DNA from: Eukaryota sp. TZLM1-RC
Lineage: Eukaryota; Protista; Metamonada: BaSk clade
DNA: 64,000 bases
Assembly: GCA_040285825.1 (NCBI GenBank)
Contig: JAUPSS010000013.1
Coordinates: forward strand, 124,001-188,000
Direction: 5' to 3'
The position numbers and the translations under genes were made by a program. Below, piece after piece: positions 34,444 to 45,619 of this stretch (positions within the stretch are counted from its first letter, which is position 1; each line of letters starts with the position of its first letter). The notes below the pieces were generated by a model. It saw only the letters and a list, made by a program, of their open reading frames with translations, was not told the origin of the DNA and ran no database searches.

Positions 34444-35916
34444 ATGCCAACTGATCATGAAAACACACCTCATAAACCCCCACTACTTCGTATGATTCTT
34501 GTCTATATGGGGTTCTTTACACTCATTGTCATTGGACACATCCGACAGCTACTTTTCTCTCTTTTCAAAAGGGAGAAATTTCCATCTTCTGAACACGGTT
34601 ATGGACCCCTCCTCAGAGATTTTGAACACTTTTACCGTCGCCACCTCTACACACGTACTGCGGATGGTTTCAATCGTCCCATCTGCTCAGCCCCATCTCC
34701 CCACATCACCCTACTCGAACGTCGCACCACAGACCACGGCAAGACCTTTCAACTGACTGGAACCACCAAGAACTTGCTCAACTTATCATCTTACAACTAT
34801 TTGGGATTTGCAGGTGGTTCCTCGCCTCACTGCACCAAACAAGCTCTTCTTTGTCTCTACGAGCATGGAGTCTCCCATTCTCTCTTTGGCATGAACAGAG
34901 CCATACACTCTTTGAACCGGGAGCTTGAACTTCGAATGGCCAAGTTTATAGGTCATGAAGATGCTATGGTAATTGGTCAAGGGTTTGCCACCAATCAAGC
35001 AATCATTCCCTCGCTCGTAGGAGAAGATTGTCTTATGCTTTCTGATGAACTCAATCATTCGTCGATAGTTGCCGGTTGTAAACGTTCCATGGGAGTCATT
35101 CGGAAGTTTAAGCACAATGATGTTGCCGACCTTGAAGTTAAACTGCGGCAAGCATTAGCTGATGGTAATAATGGAAAAAGATGGAGAAAGATTCTTGTTC
35201 TTGTAGAAGGCATTTACTCAATGGAAGGTGAGATTGTCCCTTTGAAGAAAATAGTGGAGTTGAAGCGAAAGTACAACTTTTATCTCTACGTTGACGAAGC
35301 GCATTCCATTGGGGCTCTGGGAACTAATGGTAAGGGCGTCTGTGAATACTGTAAAGTCGACGCACGTGATGTTGACGTTTTGATGGGAACATTCACCAAG
35401 TCTTTCAGTTCAGTCGGAGGTTATGTTGCTGGTTCTAGAGATTTGGTTAACTTTTTGAAAACAAACTCTGAAGCTTCTTTTAATACCACACACATGGCTC
35501 CTGTGTGTGCTCAGCAAGTTTTATCTGTTCTTGACTGTCTGGAAGGAAACTGTGGAGTTGATGAGGGTCAGGGTCGATTACGGAAACTTTCCGAAAACAC
35601 GAGATATTTTAGGTCAAAATTGAGGCAGATGGGACTCCTCACCATGGGTTCAGAAGATTCACCAGTTGTTCCCATTCTTTTATATTATTGTGCTAAAATC
35701 CCCGCTGTCTCGAGGGAATGTCTAAAGAGGGGCTTGGCCTTGGTTGTAGTTGGAGCTCCTGCCACCCCAATCATGCTCTCTAGGATAAGAATTTGTATTT
35801 CGGCAGCTCATTCAAGAGATGACCTTGATGAAGCGTTGAGGATTTTGAATGAAGTTGGTAGTTTGACTCGTATAAAGTATTTACCAAGAAAGTTGAGGTC
35901 TTTGGATGCGAGATAG
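34444..35916 (+). CDS. SPTLC2: Serine palmitoyltransferase catalytic subunit (LCB2)
   Basis: NLSSYNYLGF, SDELNHSSI, VEGIYSMEG, YVDEAHSIGA, PLP lysine motif GTFTKSF, RIRICISAAH. Confidence 0.95.
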   Translation: MPTDHENTPHKPPLLRMILVYMGFFTLIVIGHIRQLLFSLFKREKFPSSEHGYGPLLRDFEHFYRRHLYTRTADGFNRPICSAPSPHITLLERRTTDHGKTFQLTGTTKNLLNLSSYNYLGFAGGSSPHCTKQALLCLYEHGVSHSLFGMNRAIHSLNRELELRMAKFIGHEDAMVIGQGFATNQAIIPSLVGEDCLMLSDELNHSSIVAGCKRSMGVIRKFKHNDVADLEVKLRQALADGNNGKRWRKILVLVEGIYSMEGEIVPLKKIVELKRKYNFYLYVDEAHSIGALGTNGKGVCEYCKVDARDVDVLMGTFTKSFSSVGGYVAGSRDLVNFLKTNSEASFNTTHMAPVCAQQVLSVLDCLEGNCGVDEGQGRLRKLSENTRYFRSKLRQMGLLTMGSEDSPVVPILLYYCAKIPAVSRECLKRGLALVVVGAPATPIMLSRIRICISAAHSRDDLDEALRILNEVGSLTRIKYLPRKLRSLDAR

Positions 35917-36001
35917 TATCTTTTGGATATAAATAAATTTTTAAGCTTTGAATTTATTTATTTTTGAATTAAAATTGTTTTTGAGGTTTTTAATAATACA
36001 A

Positions 36002-36140
36002 GCCAACAGTGTAGGCTTAACTTGGCAAAATGCAATGCATACTAGTATTGATGGTAGTTTTAGTTCTATCAATCGTTTGAGTCTTACTGCATCAATTATA
36101 GGGCATGTGCAACAACTGGACGAAATGAGAGTCATAGTGG
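36002..36140 (-). repeat. Inverted 139-bp copy of coding sequence 14610-14748
   Basis: 8 mismatches in 139 nt by manual alignment. Confidence 0.92.
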
Positions 36141-37754
36141 TAAAGATGACCAGTTGTGGAAAGTGGAATTTAGTCGTGATGCTATAGTAGAGTTGACGAC
36201 TACGTCAGCTCTCAAACTGTATTTGCACTGGAATATTTTAACATCATAAATGTAAAACAACAATGAGTAAATCATTGAAATGAAGTGAGATATTGCTATT
36301 TGAGAGATCGACTTACTTGTTTTTGGTCCCGTCTGGAGCTGTTTCCTTTGAATGCAGCTCTTTGATCACTATGCTTTTTTGAACAAGGACTCATGGCAAA
36401 CTGTTCTTTCAGATTAGCAAACGAATTCAGCAGGAAATGGTCACATTGGTCATCAACTAGGAATACGTATTTGAACTCAAAATTTTATTATGAAAGTAGT
36501 ATTTTTGGTGAAGAATTTCATTGTCGTTGGCCCGAGTTCAATGAACATTTTTCAAAAAGAAACGTAACTAACACATCAATGGTAGTTTAAGTCCAACATA
36601 ATTATGCCATACCCTTGTTTTCAGTATGTACAATACAATGCAGCATAAAATATTTGTTCTTTTGCCTTTTTTTAGCTGGCTTCTTTAAACCTAGCTAAAA
36701 ATTTGATTCTTCTAGTGAAAAATTCACCTTCGGTATTAAAAACAACTGGAACAGAATAGCCTTTTAATTCAAATAGTTAATTAAAATTTAATTCAAATAG
36801 TTAATTAATTAAATTTAGTTAATTTTACTAAGTATAGAAAGTGCACTTTATCACCAAAGAAATCAGAACTGAATTTCAGCATTCCTTGAAAATTAAAAGA
36901 ACAATTTTATAATCATCTTTTGTTCAATTTTTGGTACCTAGTCAACTAATTTGATATTCAAGATTTAGGCTTTGAAGGCTTTAAAACAACTTTACTTTGT
37001 TTCAGTACAAACTCTTTTTTATCAAAAACATGGTTAAGCAATACTTATTTAATGTTATTGATACACTTATTTACTTGAACATCAGTATCTATGCTGCACA
37101 GTCATCACAGCAGAATGGAAAAATAGACAGAAAGCTAGAATAGACTGTGACTGTAAGACAAGCGTTATGGACTCTATCACTACTTTTTCTGTTTTCTGTA
37201 AGTGAAAGAGTGGTGATGACTTTGACAATACTTTGCAAAATATAATTGAGACTCTGTATTATTATTATCAACAATTCTTATTAATGTAAGCTTGTTTGAG
37301 TTTTTTGTCAGAACAATGTTAATTAAATCTCAATTATCTTCAATTATTTCCCATAATGGAGCAGTAATGAACAAGTTGCTCTTAATCAGATGACGATAAT
37401 TTTGACAGTACTCTGATTTGAGTAATTCTGCAAATTACTGATGGCGTCTCTGGTAAAATACTAAACAAGTGCCAAAATGTCGGAAACTTTGACACAACAT
37501 GGGTCAGATGTAATGATACAGTATTTTTCTTAGTCATGACTTTGTCTTCCTATAACTCATGCCACGTTGCAATATAGTTAATATCAATTAAAACAACTGC
37601 TCCTACAAAAAACGACTTATTATACTGTTATAATATTGGCCTTTCTTATTTCAGTGTTTATTTTCATAACTTCGGCTTCAGCTTCAGCAATTGAAACAAG
37701 TATTTAATTTTTATGCAAGAAATGCAACTATTAATCACACTGATTAGACAACAT

Positions 37755-37825
37755 TAAGATCAACATCGAAATAATCCATCTCCCACAACATGACAGCTAG
37801 ATGCAACTCTCTCATAGTGAGATTG
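37755..37825 (-). mobile_element. 3'-end stub of CRE family C
   Basis: Matches 46384-46455 (CAACATC...CCATCTC...CTAGATGCAACTCTCTCATAGTGAGAT). Confidence 0.7.
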
Positions 37826-38008
37826 GAGACAACCATTTTTGGTTGAAATTGAAAAACTAAGGCAAACATTTCCAACCATTATTGCATTATTGGACCAGAT
37901 CTTCAATGGTAATCAATGCTGAGAGTTTGAAGAGAAGCTTAAATGTCCTTGAGATGTTTATCTAATCATGACAATGCGTGCATCAGTTAAGATATCTACC
38001 TTCGCTCT

Positions 38009-39256
38009 ATGCATCTACACAGTCTGCTTTTACTATCGGTTTTGCTGTCTTCAGCGCTCACTTTACCACACTTTTTTGATAAAGAAGATGGGGAGCACAC
38101 ATGGTCATCCTTTCGCATAATTAATATTCCCCAATACAACTCGTCTTATCCATGTAGCAAACATCGCGTTCACCTGAAGAACGTCATGGTAGAGAACACT
38201 AACGATGCCATCACCATAACTTACTTTAGCCCTATTTTCTCGCCCAAGCCTTCCTCTACTCTACTCAACCATGCAGCTGTTGCGTGCTGTATGAAGCGTT
38301 CTCTCTCATCTAAGCCGATTACGGTGAAGCGTGTTTCTCATCCACTTTCCCTCCCTTTTACATCTTCAAATCCACTCTACATGATCAACGCTGTTCACCC
38401 CTCCAACTTCTTCCACGCTCTTGTTGATTTATCTACATCATTATTTTACACAATGGCCATGGACAACTACAGTCAGAGTTCCGTGCTTCTCCTCAAATGT
38501 CCAGACGCCCCTTTCCCTTTTCGCTACTTTGACTATCTAGCCCCATTCACTAGTGAAGTGGTCATCAACCAACCCAAACTATTTATTGTTGAAGATCTCT
38601 TTATTGGCCATGACACGACTCCTGTTTACTGCTTAAAGGGAAAAGAGCTTGTGACGGGTTGTGCTTCTGTTTTTGCTGCGTGGAAGTCCCTGTTGGTGAA
38701 TTACTTTCATATCCAGCAGTCTAACCATTCCCAAACGAAAGTCACCATGCTTGATCGTAGACCCGGGAACCGTGAAGTTATCGAGATGAGGGACAGGGAG
38801 TGGAGGAATGAGGTTAAGGAAAAGCTCCAGGAGTATAACATTACCATTGATTTTGTTAATACTGGAAAACTTTCCACACTAAAACAATTAGAAATTGCAT
38901 TAAACTCTGATATTTTATTTGGAACTCATGGTGCTGGGCTGGTATTAGAACTTTTTCAACCGGATTGTTCTGTTGCTATTGTATTAAATCCGCCTAATTG
39001 TTTTAATTATGTCTACGAGAATATTCCAAAAAGGTTAGGTAGAGGGGTAGTTAGTAAAATAGTTGATGCTGATAGTGTTGTTGTTCGTGAAGGAGCCAAG
39101 AAGTGGCTGTTTCAGAATGGTTATCCAAATAATGAAGAGTTTTTTAGAAAACAACTGTGTCATCGCTTTGTCCGTGATGTGGACTTCCACTTGACTGTTG
39201 AGGAGGTGGTTGGTTTAGTGCTTGAAGGTTTTGCTTTATTGGATGATTATGAGTGA
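38009..39256 (+). CDS. Glycosyltransferase family 61 (DUF563, EOGT/POMGNT2-like)
   Basis: N-terminal signal/anchor, SNFFHALVD, LDRR...R, QLEIALNSDILFGTHGAGL, Y..I. Confidence 0.85.
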   Translation: MHLHSLLLLSVLLSSALTLPHFFDKEDGEHTWSSFRIINIPQYNSSYPCSKHRVHLKNVMVENTNDAITITYFSPIFSPKPSSTLLNHAAVACCMKRSLSSKPITVKRVSHPLSLPFTSSNPLYMINAVHPSNFFHALVDLSTSLFYTMAMDNYSQSSVLLLKCPDAPFPFRYFDYLAPFTSEVVINQPKLFIVEDLFIGHDTTPVYCLKGKELVTGCASVFAAWKSLLVNYFHIQQSNHSQTKVTMLDRRPGNREVIEMRDREWRNEVKEKLQEYNITIDFVNTGKLSTLKQLEIALNSDILFGTHGAGLVLELFQPDCSVAIVLNPPNCFNYVYENIPKRLGRGVVSKIVDADSVVVREGAKKWLFQNGYPNNEEFFRKQLCHRFVRDVDFHLTVEEVVGLVLEGFALLDDYE

Positions 39257-39747
39257 TCTGAAATACAGAAGTTTAGATTTATTTAGTTTATCATACTAAT
39301 TTCTGCTGCTTTTTATTGAATACAAATGTTTAATAATTTTTAGTATTTTAGTGTTTGGTGATTTGAAATCAACCACATCTGCACCTTGGTTTTAATAAAT
39401 CCTACTTATACTTTCTTATCAAAACCATTTAATGCAAAAAGCAACTACCTCACCTAGTGAGCATACAATGGAGAATCATGTATGGGGTAGTGAATTGAAG
39501 ATCTTTGATATTTTCGATTACTAGTGATTTGAAGGACAGCTTCACAAATCTGCCATTAATGTAATAAATAAGTATTTCATTTTTTTGTTTGATACTAATG
39601 CACTGTTCCAATAGATCTATTTTGTTCTAGTTCTGAGATCTCATTTCTTTCAAATGAACTCATAAGCACGATAACATGCCCAGAGGTGCGAACTCGCACC
39701 CTACACCACGAATCCATCCATCAATCCATCAATCAATAAGAAATGAT

Positions 39748-39822
39748 CATCTCACTATGAGAGAGTTGCATCTAGTTGTTTTGTTTTGGAAGAGATGGAT
39801 TATTTAGATGTCGATTTATAAG
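39748..39822 (+). mobile_element. 3'-end stub of CRE family C
   Basis: CTCACTATGAGAGAGTTGCATCTAG...GAAGAGATGGATTATTTAGATGTCGATTTATAA matches the family C coding end. Confidence 0.75.
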
Positions 39823-40120
39823 TTTTCTAACTAATAAATAAGTATATTTCAATAAAAAGTCAAATGATGTTTGTGGTTTATCAATATTGAAATTACTTTT
39901 TCCCAAGAAATTTCAAGGAATTTTATGTGAATTTAACAGAAAATACAAAAAGTATCTAATAAGTGACTTACCTGTTGAATTAAAAAATAATAATATAATT
40001 TTCCAACTTCAAACTTCAACAATAATTAATTCTGATAATTACTGAGAAAAATCAAAAATTTCCCAACTCTGGAAACAAATTAAATAAAAGAGTTTCTGAA
40101 ACCCTATTAATATTAGTCAA

Positions 40121-41716
40121 CTAGCTTGAATTTTGACCAAAAAACCCACCCAATTCTGTTTTTAAAGCAGCAATTCCGATTTCAGCATTATTGACTTCAG
40201 ACACACTACGTGAAATAGATTTAAACGTATCAGACAAGGAAGAATTCAGCTTTCGGTGGGCCTTTTTTGAAACAAAAACAGAAGCTTCCGAAACAGATTC
40301 CAGAGCATTCTTGATTGCTGACGTAACCTCTTTCCTTTTATTGACCCTGTTCAGGTCATTTCTAACCTTTGATGATGTGGTATGACGTGTACAATCAGTC
40401 AAATCAATCGAACTCGGATCAAAATCAATCAAAGGATCGTTGATTTCAGCTTTTAGTTGCCGGTAAAGCTGCCCTACTGGTTTAGATAAAAGTTTATCCT
40501 TTTCGAATTCATTTTCTGCTTCCTGGTCAATCAAATCACACGTCATCTTGATAAGATTATCGAGTGTGGATGATTTGACGTTATTGACCTTTGATTTTGA
40601 TTGATCGAAAACTTGATTGATTGATGATTGTTCGATTGGAGTTGTTAACTCTTGAGTGGCGGTCAAAAAGAATGATTGGTTGGTTTCCTCTGGTTCATTG
40701 ACTTCCGTTGACTTGATTGATTGATCACGTGACCCATCAATTAATGATTGAATCAACTGTTTTCTATTATGTTTTTCTTCAGCAACTTTATTAATTGAAT
40801 TCCACAAATGACTACTGTGTTCTTTTAAAATTTTGGGTTGACACTGGTCAAATTTTGAAATTTTGGTCTGAGATCCTTGCCTTTTTTGAACTGTTATCGG
40901 TACATTTAAAACAATTTTTTCCTTGAATGGATTTGAACTTAAATCCACTTCTTTTAATTTAGAAAAAGAATTCAATAGAATAACAGAATCCATTGTCTTT
41001 AATCTATTTTCTGCAATATTAAGAATAGACAATTCTGGAATTATTTCAGAAATTTTAGTAATTTTATTCCTTGATATATCTAATTCACAGAGATTTGTCA
41101 TTTGCTTTAACACATTAAAAGAATTAGAGCCGAGTAAATTTCCCTTTACGTTCAAAAAAATTAGTTTTTTTAATGAGCTAATTACACAGGGCAAGGTGAC
41201 CAAGTTGTTAAATGAAAGATCTAAATATTCCAAATTTGGAATGAAAGTAAAACAAATTAAACCGCCAGAGTTGATGAAATTAAATGAAAGATCAAGTGAC
41301 TTTAACTGGGAAAATGGTTTACTTAGGGTTAGGGTTGGGGTATTGATTGAATTACAAGCTAAGCTAAGAGTTGTCAGAGCAGGGAAGAAAGGGAGAAAGT
41401 GGTGGAGGTTGAGGTGGTTATCTCGAGCGTCAATGTTGGCGAGGTTAGAAAAGAAGGAAAAATCGGCGGTATTGGCAGCAGTGAAACCCTTTGAGCGGAT
41501 AAACAGAGAAGAGAGTTGTGAAGGGTGGAGATACGTTGGAGAAGCGTCAAGGATAGCAAAGCCATCTAGAATGTTTTCAGGTGCCCTTGATGGTTGTAAC
41601 GAAGAATCATCTGGTTTGGATTGAATTGTTTTAACATGAGAAGCACAGCTGGAAGCGGAGGTTGGGGGTGCAGATGGGTTTAAGGACTGACCCGAAATCA
41701 TAGCTTTGGACAGCAT
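40121..41716 (-). CDS. Leucine-rich repeat protein, XRRA1-like
   Basis: LDGFAILDAS N-cap followed by LRRs (IDARDN, LSLACN, LDLSFN x2, LDISRN, LNIAEN, VDLSSNP); FFLT motif in the tail. Confidence 0.7.
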   Translation of the reverse strand: MLSKAMISGQSLNPSAPPTSASSCASHVKTIQSKPDDSSLQPSRAPENILDGFAILDASPTYLHPSQLSSLFIRSKGFTAANTADFSFFSNLANIDARDNHLNLHHFLPFFPALTTLSLACNSINTPTLTLSKPFSQLKSLDLSFNFINSGGLICFTFIPNLEYLDLSFNNLVTLPCVISSLKKLIFLNVKGNLLGSNSFNVLKQMTNLCELDISRNKITKISEIIPELSILNIAENRLKTMDSVILLNSFSKLKEVDLSSNPFKEKIVLNVPITVQKRQGSQTKISKFDQCQPKILKEHSSHLWNSINKVAEEKHNRKQLIQSLIDGSRDQSIKSTEVNEPEETNQSFFLTATQELTTPIEQSSINQVFDQSKSKVNNVKSSTLDNLIKMTCDLIDQEAENEFEKDKLLSKPVGQLYRQLKAEINDPLIDFDPSSIDLTDCTRHTTSSKVRNDLNRVNKRKEVTSAIKNALESVSEASVFVSKKAHRKLNSSLSDTFKSISRSVSEVNNAEIGIAALKTELGGFFGQNSS

Positions 41717-41736
41717 CAGTGCATTTTTTTATAGTG

Positions 41737-42810
41737 ATGTTCAACTTAAGATCACGATTTCTTGACTTTTTTGACGATTTTTGGGTTCGTCTAGTAGATG
41801 CTGCTGTGGAGGAAGTTCCTTGTGCTCCTAATGTACAATCCGAAATTCGTACTCACGTTGAAGAGCTTTTAACTTACAATTTACAAGATGGAAAACTTCT
41901 GCGTGGATTGGGCGTTCTTGAAGTTGCTCAGCGTATACGTAAACTACAAGACAGACCTTTCACTAGTGATGATTTTGACAAAGCTGCTGCTTTAGGATGG
42001 GCTGTGGAAGTTCTCCAAGCTGCTTTTCTCGTGGCTGATGATGTCATGGATCATTCTCCTGTACGTAGAGGTAAACCTTCTTGGCATTGTAAGCAAGGTG
42101 TTGGTCTTGCTGCTGTGAATGACGCATTCCTACTCGAAAGTTTGGCCTTTAAAGCTGTTGATATATACTTTGACAATGACCCTCTACATTCCCAAATTAC
42201 TAGAACTATAAGATATGTTGCCCGGGTAACTGAATGGGGACAATTCTTAGACACTATTGGAACTCAGATCCCTCCTGAAACTATGGACATTGGACTTTTG
42301 CATGCTATAACGGTTTATAAAACGTCATACTACACCTTCTTCCTTCCTTTTTGTTTAGGTTTATTCGCCACTGGGTTTAGTTTGGACACTACTCTCAAAT
42401 CTCATATAGAAGCGCTTACAATGGTTTTAGGTAAACTTTTTCAAATACAGGATGACTATCTCGATGTATTTGGTGAAGAGAAAGTTGTTGGTAAAACCTC
42501 CACTGATTTAGTTGAACGAAAATGTGCATGGCCATTAGTATGTGCTCTAGACATTGTTCAGAAATCTGAGAACAAGAGAGAATTGTTTCCCAAACTATTG
42601 GGTCTTATTAATGACAAAGATGTTGATAAACTTCGCAACTTTATCCATGATGTTGGAGTGGAAAAGGAATACCTCATTGTTCAAAAAGAGCTTCGTGATG
42701 ATTTAGACCAAAAGTGTCAAGATTGTGTTGATAATGATAGTTTGGTTTTGAAAGCTGTGGCATTAGTTTGTAAAGATTTCGCTGTATATCTCAGTAATAG
42801 AGTTAAGTAA
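41737..42810 (+). CDS. FDPS: Farnesyl/geranylgeranyl diphosphate synthase
   Basis: GKLLRG, FARM QAAFLVADDVMD..RRG, GQFLD, YKTSYYTF, SARM FQIQDDYLD, GKTSTDLVERK; ATG at 41737. Confidence 0.93.
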   Translation: MFNLRSRFLDFFDDFWVRLVDAAVEEVPCAPNVQSEIRTHVEELLTYNLQDGKLLRGLGVLEVAQRIRKLQDRPFTSDDFDKAAALGWAVEVLQAAFLVADDVMDHSPVRRGKPSWHCKQGVGLAAVNDAFLLESLAFKAVDIYFDNDPLHSQITRTIRYVARVTEWGQFLDTIGTQIPPETMDIGLLHAITVYKTSYYTFFLPFCLGLFATGFSLDTTLKSHIEALTMVLGKLFQIQDDYLDVFGEEKVVGKTSTDLVERKCAWPLVCALDIVQKSENKRELFPKLLGLINDKDVDKLRNFIHDVGVEKEYLIVQKELRDDLDQKCQDCVDNDSLVLKAVALVCKDFAVYLSNRVK

Positions 42811-43813
42811 GGTTTTGGAGTCATTTGTACTTGATTGTTTAATCTAGTGTTTTATTAAATCTTGTTTGATTTTATTTATAACAATTCAACTAATCATTTC
42901 TCAAATTCAAGTTAATCATTTCAAGAACGGCTGTAAAATGTTTCTAATGATAAGGACGAACGATTACATGGATGTCTCAGCGCAGTGAGCAAGCAGGTGA
43001 TTTCAATCAACAACGTAAAAATTTGATTGAATGATTTTTCAAAAATTCCTTATAAACTGTCTCTGAATCTTTAATTGCATCATCTGCCCATTTTTTAATT
43101 TCATCAAAAAAGAGTGAATGACTCTAGAATATTCAAATTGATTTTTCCCGAAAATAAACATCTTTTCTGGTCACCAAATTTAAGCTCAATCTATTTTATT
43201 AAAAAGTCTAACAAATAACTTGTAACTTCTTGATATTACAAGAAGTTGCTGTTAGTACCGTGAAGAACAAAATTCAAGTCAGGTTGTTGTGCTGAATCAG
43301 ATTAAAAGATTTTTCTTTATACAATGTGAGCTTATTTAATGATATATGAATGTCAGATGTACAGTTGCGGACTTGATCAAATATGATGATGAACAAAAGA
43401 CATTAGAAGGTTCGATAACTCTATTTATCTGGATTTACCTGTTGACAAAATCAACAGAATCCGATTATTTATTTCTTTATTTTTAGTTAAGGAGAATTTT
43501 AATTTCAAGGAAAAAATTAAACCAACACAATGTAGAGAAGATCTTGGACTATAGTCATTGTTGTAATAAATAGTAGCTTTTAATTCGACTACTGGTTTAA
43601 TAACAGGTCAGTAACATCATTGGAAGGCTCTTTTTGTTCAATAGAAATAAAATGGCTTGTCTGAATATGTTTGCAATTGCTGAAATTAGAATGAGTGGCA
43701 ATGAAAGACCTCAGTATCTGTGTAGTTGATAGTTTTTGTAATTATTCCACACGAAAATTGATCGTGTATTTATGGGAATTTCCCACATTAATTCATAACA
43801 ATGTTTGAGTGAC

Positions 43814-44497
43814 ATGGTCATCAACGAGTATTCATCTATAGAGACCATCACCCTTGAAGTTTTGTTGTCAAATGCTTCTTTACCAGCTTTATCTATAGAC
43901 GATGATTCTTTAACCAGCGCTTTTTTGAATTGTCGCTTAGCTGCTGCTCGATGTGATCTGCCTCACAACATCGATAGCACAATCAACTCTCTTATTGATC
44001 TGTTCCAAACGAGTTGCCCCTTGCGGCTCTCTCTGGCTTCCACCTTTGTTTCATACTTGTTACAACAATTAAACACTACGGACACTTCTCTCTTAACCAC
44101 TCAAATCGAAGTTGTTATTCAAAACTCTCTGTACACTCTTCAAACCATCCAAAGCCAGCATACAAGTCACTCAAACACTTCAAACTGGAACCTTGCCGTC
44201 ACTTGCGTTGTTCATCTTCTTTACCAAGCTCTTTTGTTTTTGTGTGATACGTGCGTTCTCAACAATAGAACGTTCACCATTATTGAACATGCGGTCAGTG
44301 GTATTTTTCAAGTTTTTTTCACTACTGATTGTACAGATTCTTTTCATCTATTGACACAAACCCATCATTTTCTGCTTAATTTAAATACTGATTTCTTATC
44401 GCTCGCTATTAATTGTTTCAAACGCTATATTGATGTTTCTCCACAGAGTATATTATCTGAACAATGTCAAATTTTGATTGATAGTATGTCTAGTTGA
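43814..44497 (+). CDS. Hypothetical alpha-helical protein
   Basis: About 227-aa open frame from ATG 43814, AATAAA downstream; no family recognised. Confidence 0.5.
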   Translation: MVINEYSSIETITLEVLLSNASLPALSIDDDSLTSAFLNCRLAAARCDLPHNIDSTINSLIDLFQTSCPLRLSLASTFVSYLLQQLNTTDTSLLTTQIEVVIQNSLYTLQTIQSQHTSHSNTSNWNLAVTCVVHLLYQALLFLCDTCVLNNRTFTIIEHAVSGIFQVFFTTDCTDSFHLLTQTHHFLLNLNTDFLSLAINCFKRYIDVSPQSILSEQCQILIDSMSS

Positions 44498-44694
44498 TTG
44501 TCAATCAAAGAGATTGATTGGGAAATAAACAGTTTTTCATTCAAAATTACGGAAAAACTCCAACATCCACAAGTTCATAATTGTTGACTCAACGACTTGC
44601 TGACTTAATGACGAATCTACCTTGATTGCAAACATTTGAGTCAAAGTTGCACCTCCAATAATTTCTACATCAGTTGACCCTTCAACACAATAGG

Positions 44695-45012
44695 CTATTC
44701 ACTGTTATCCTGGCTTGAACATGTTATGAGGTAATGTGTATAGTGTGTAATTGTCCTTTTGAAATAGTATCTTGATCGATTACAGAGTCTGAAACATGCA
44801 ACCCCTAACAGTTGTAGCTTACATTCTTGGTAATATTCTTGAGCAAAGTTGTATAAGTAAGTACATACCCAAATTTTATAAAAACGAATCACCATTATAC
44901 AACAAGATATTTTGTTTTGAAAATATGTGGAGTTTGACTGTTTTCGTTTATTACCATTAGAAAAAGGTGTGTGCGAGAACAAGTCATCAAATTCATGACT
45001 ATTTGTCACCAT
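44695..45012 (-). pseudogene. Possible cyclin-box fragment
   Basis: YLYNF...KLQLLGVACF resembles cyclin helix 3; the rest is unrecognisable. Confidence 0.25.
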
Positions 45013-45120
45013 TCTATCGCGAAAGTTTTGTTCATTTTTGAAATTGATGAAATTTAATAATCTTTATAACAATTTGTCTTGATTAAAATAATGGTCTTAA
45101 ATTACTAAATAAGATATTGC

Positions 45121-45489
45121 CTACTTAAAAGCAGCAAATGACCGATGAGTTTCACTTTGAAAACGATGAAGACATTTTGTGGGACATTTCGTAAATTGAT
45201 TTCGGTAAGATTCTAATTGATTTGATGAAAGATTACAAGGAGCACTGGCTACTTTGGAAGGACTAGGAGGTTGAAAATGAAGCCGAGTAGTTGTAATAAA
45301 CTGATTGTCACAGATCTGGCTTCCTTCACTAGATGGCTCTTTGTTGCAGCTAATGGTATCTTGGTATATGGTTTTAAAATGAGAAGAAGAGGATGATATA
45401 TTGAGTGGTTTGGGTGTAGGCGCGGTGGCTCTCTCCTCAAACCAGTTACCGATCAAGCACGAACGGTTGTAGAGAGGCCGCTCAGACAT
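45121..45489 (-). CDS. NWE-motif axonemal microtubule inner protein (CFAP68/95/107-like)
   Basis: YNRSCLIGNWFEER, then short T..Q..Y/TTT..HF repeats. Confidence 0.65.
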   Translation of the reverse strand: MSERPLYNRSCLIGNWFEERATAPTPKPLNISSSSSHFKTIYQDTISCNKEPSSEGSQICDNQFITTTRLHFQPPSPSKVASAPCNLSSNQLESYRNQFTKCPTKCLHRFQSETHRSFAAFK

Positions 45490-45619
45490 TGGGTACTAAC
45501 ACAAAAATATGAACAGGAGAAACTTGATCTTTTCGAAATTGTGAACCGTTTTCATAAATGGGCAGTGCAAAATAAAAAACAATACAATATAAAATATACA
45601 AGAATCATCAAACTAAAGT

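Noticed and set aside
39678-39712. tRNA/SINE-like GTGGTGTAG...GAGTTCGCACC on the minus strand
   Set aside because: No cloverleaf can be built; it is only a short GGTGCGA/TCGCACC hairpin
39966-39975. U1 snRNA 5' motif ACTTACCTG
   Set aside because: Followed by AT-rich sequence lacking U1 stems or an Sm site
41323-41340. TTAGGG repeats
   Set aside because: Inside the XRRA1-like CDS (encodes PTLTL on the minus strand); coincidental
40923-41624. 233-aa + strand ORF and similar antisense ORFs (11823, 16921, 24971, 34786, 55084, 58095, 59475)
   Set aside because: Shadow frames opposite well-supported genes, with no motifs
12613-42810. Prenylation gene cluster (RABGGTA + FPPS)
   Set aside because: 28 kb apart with many unrelated genes between them; no evidence of clustering
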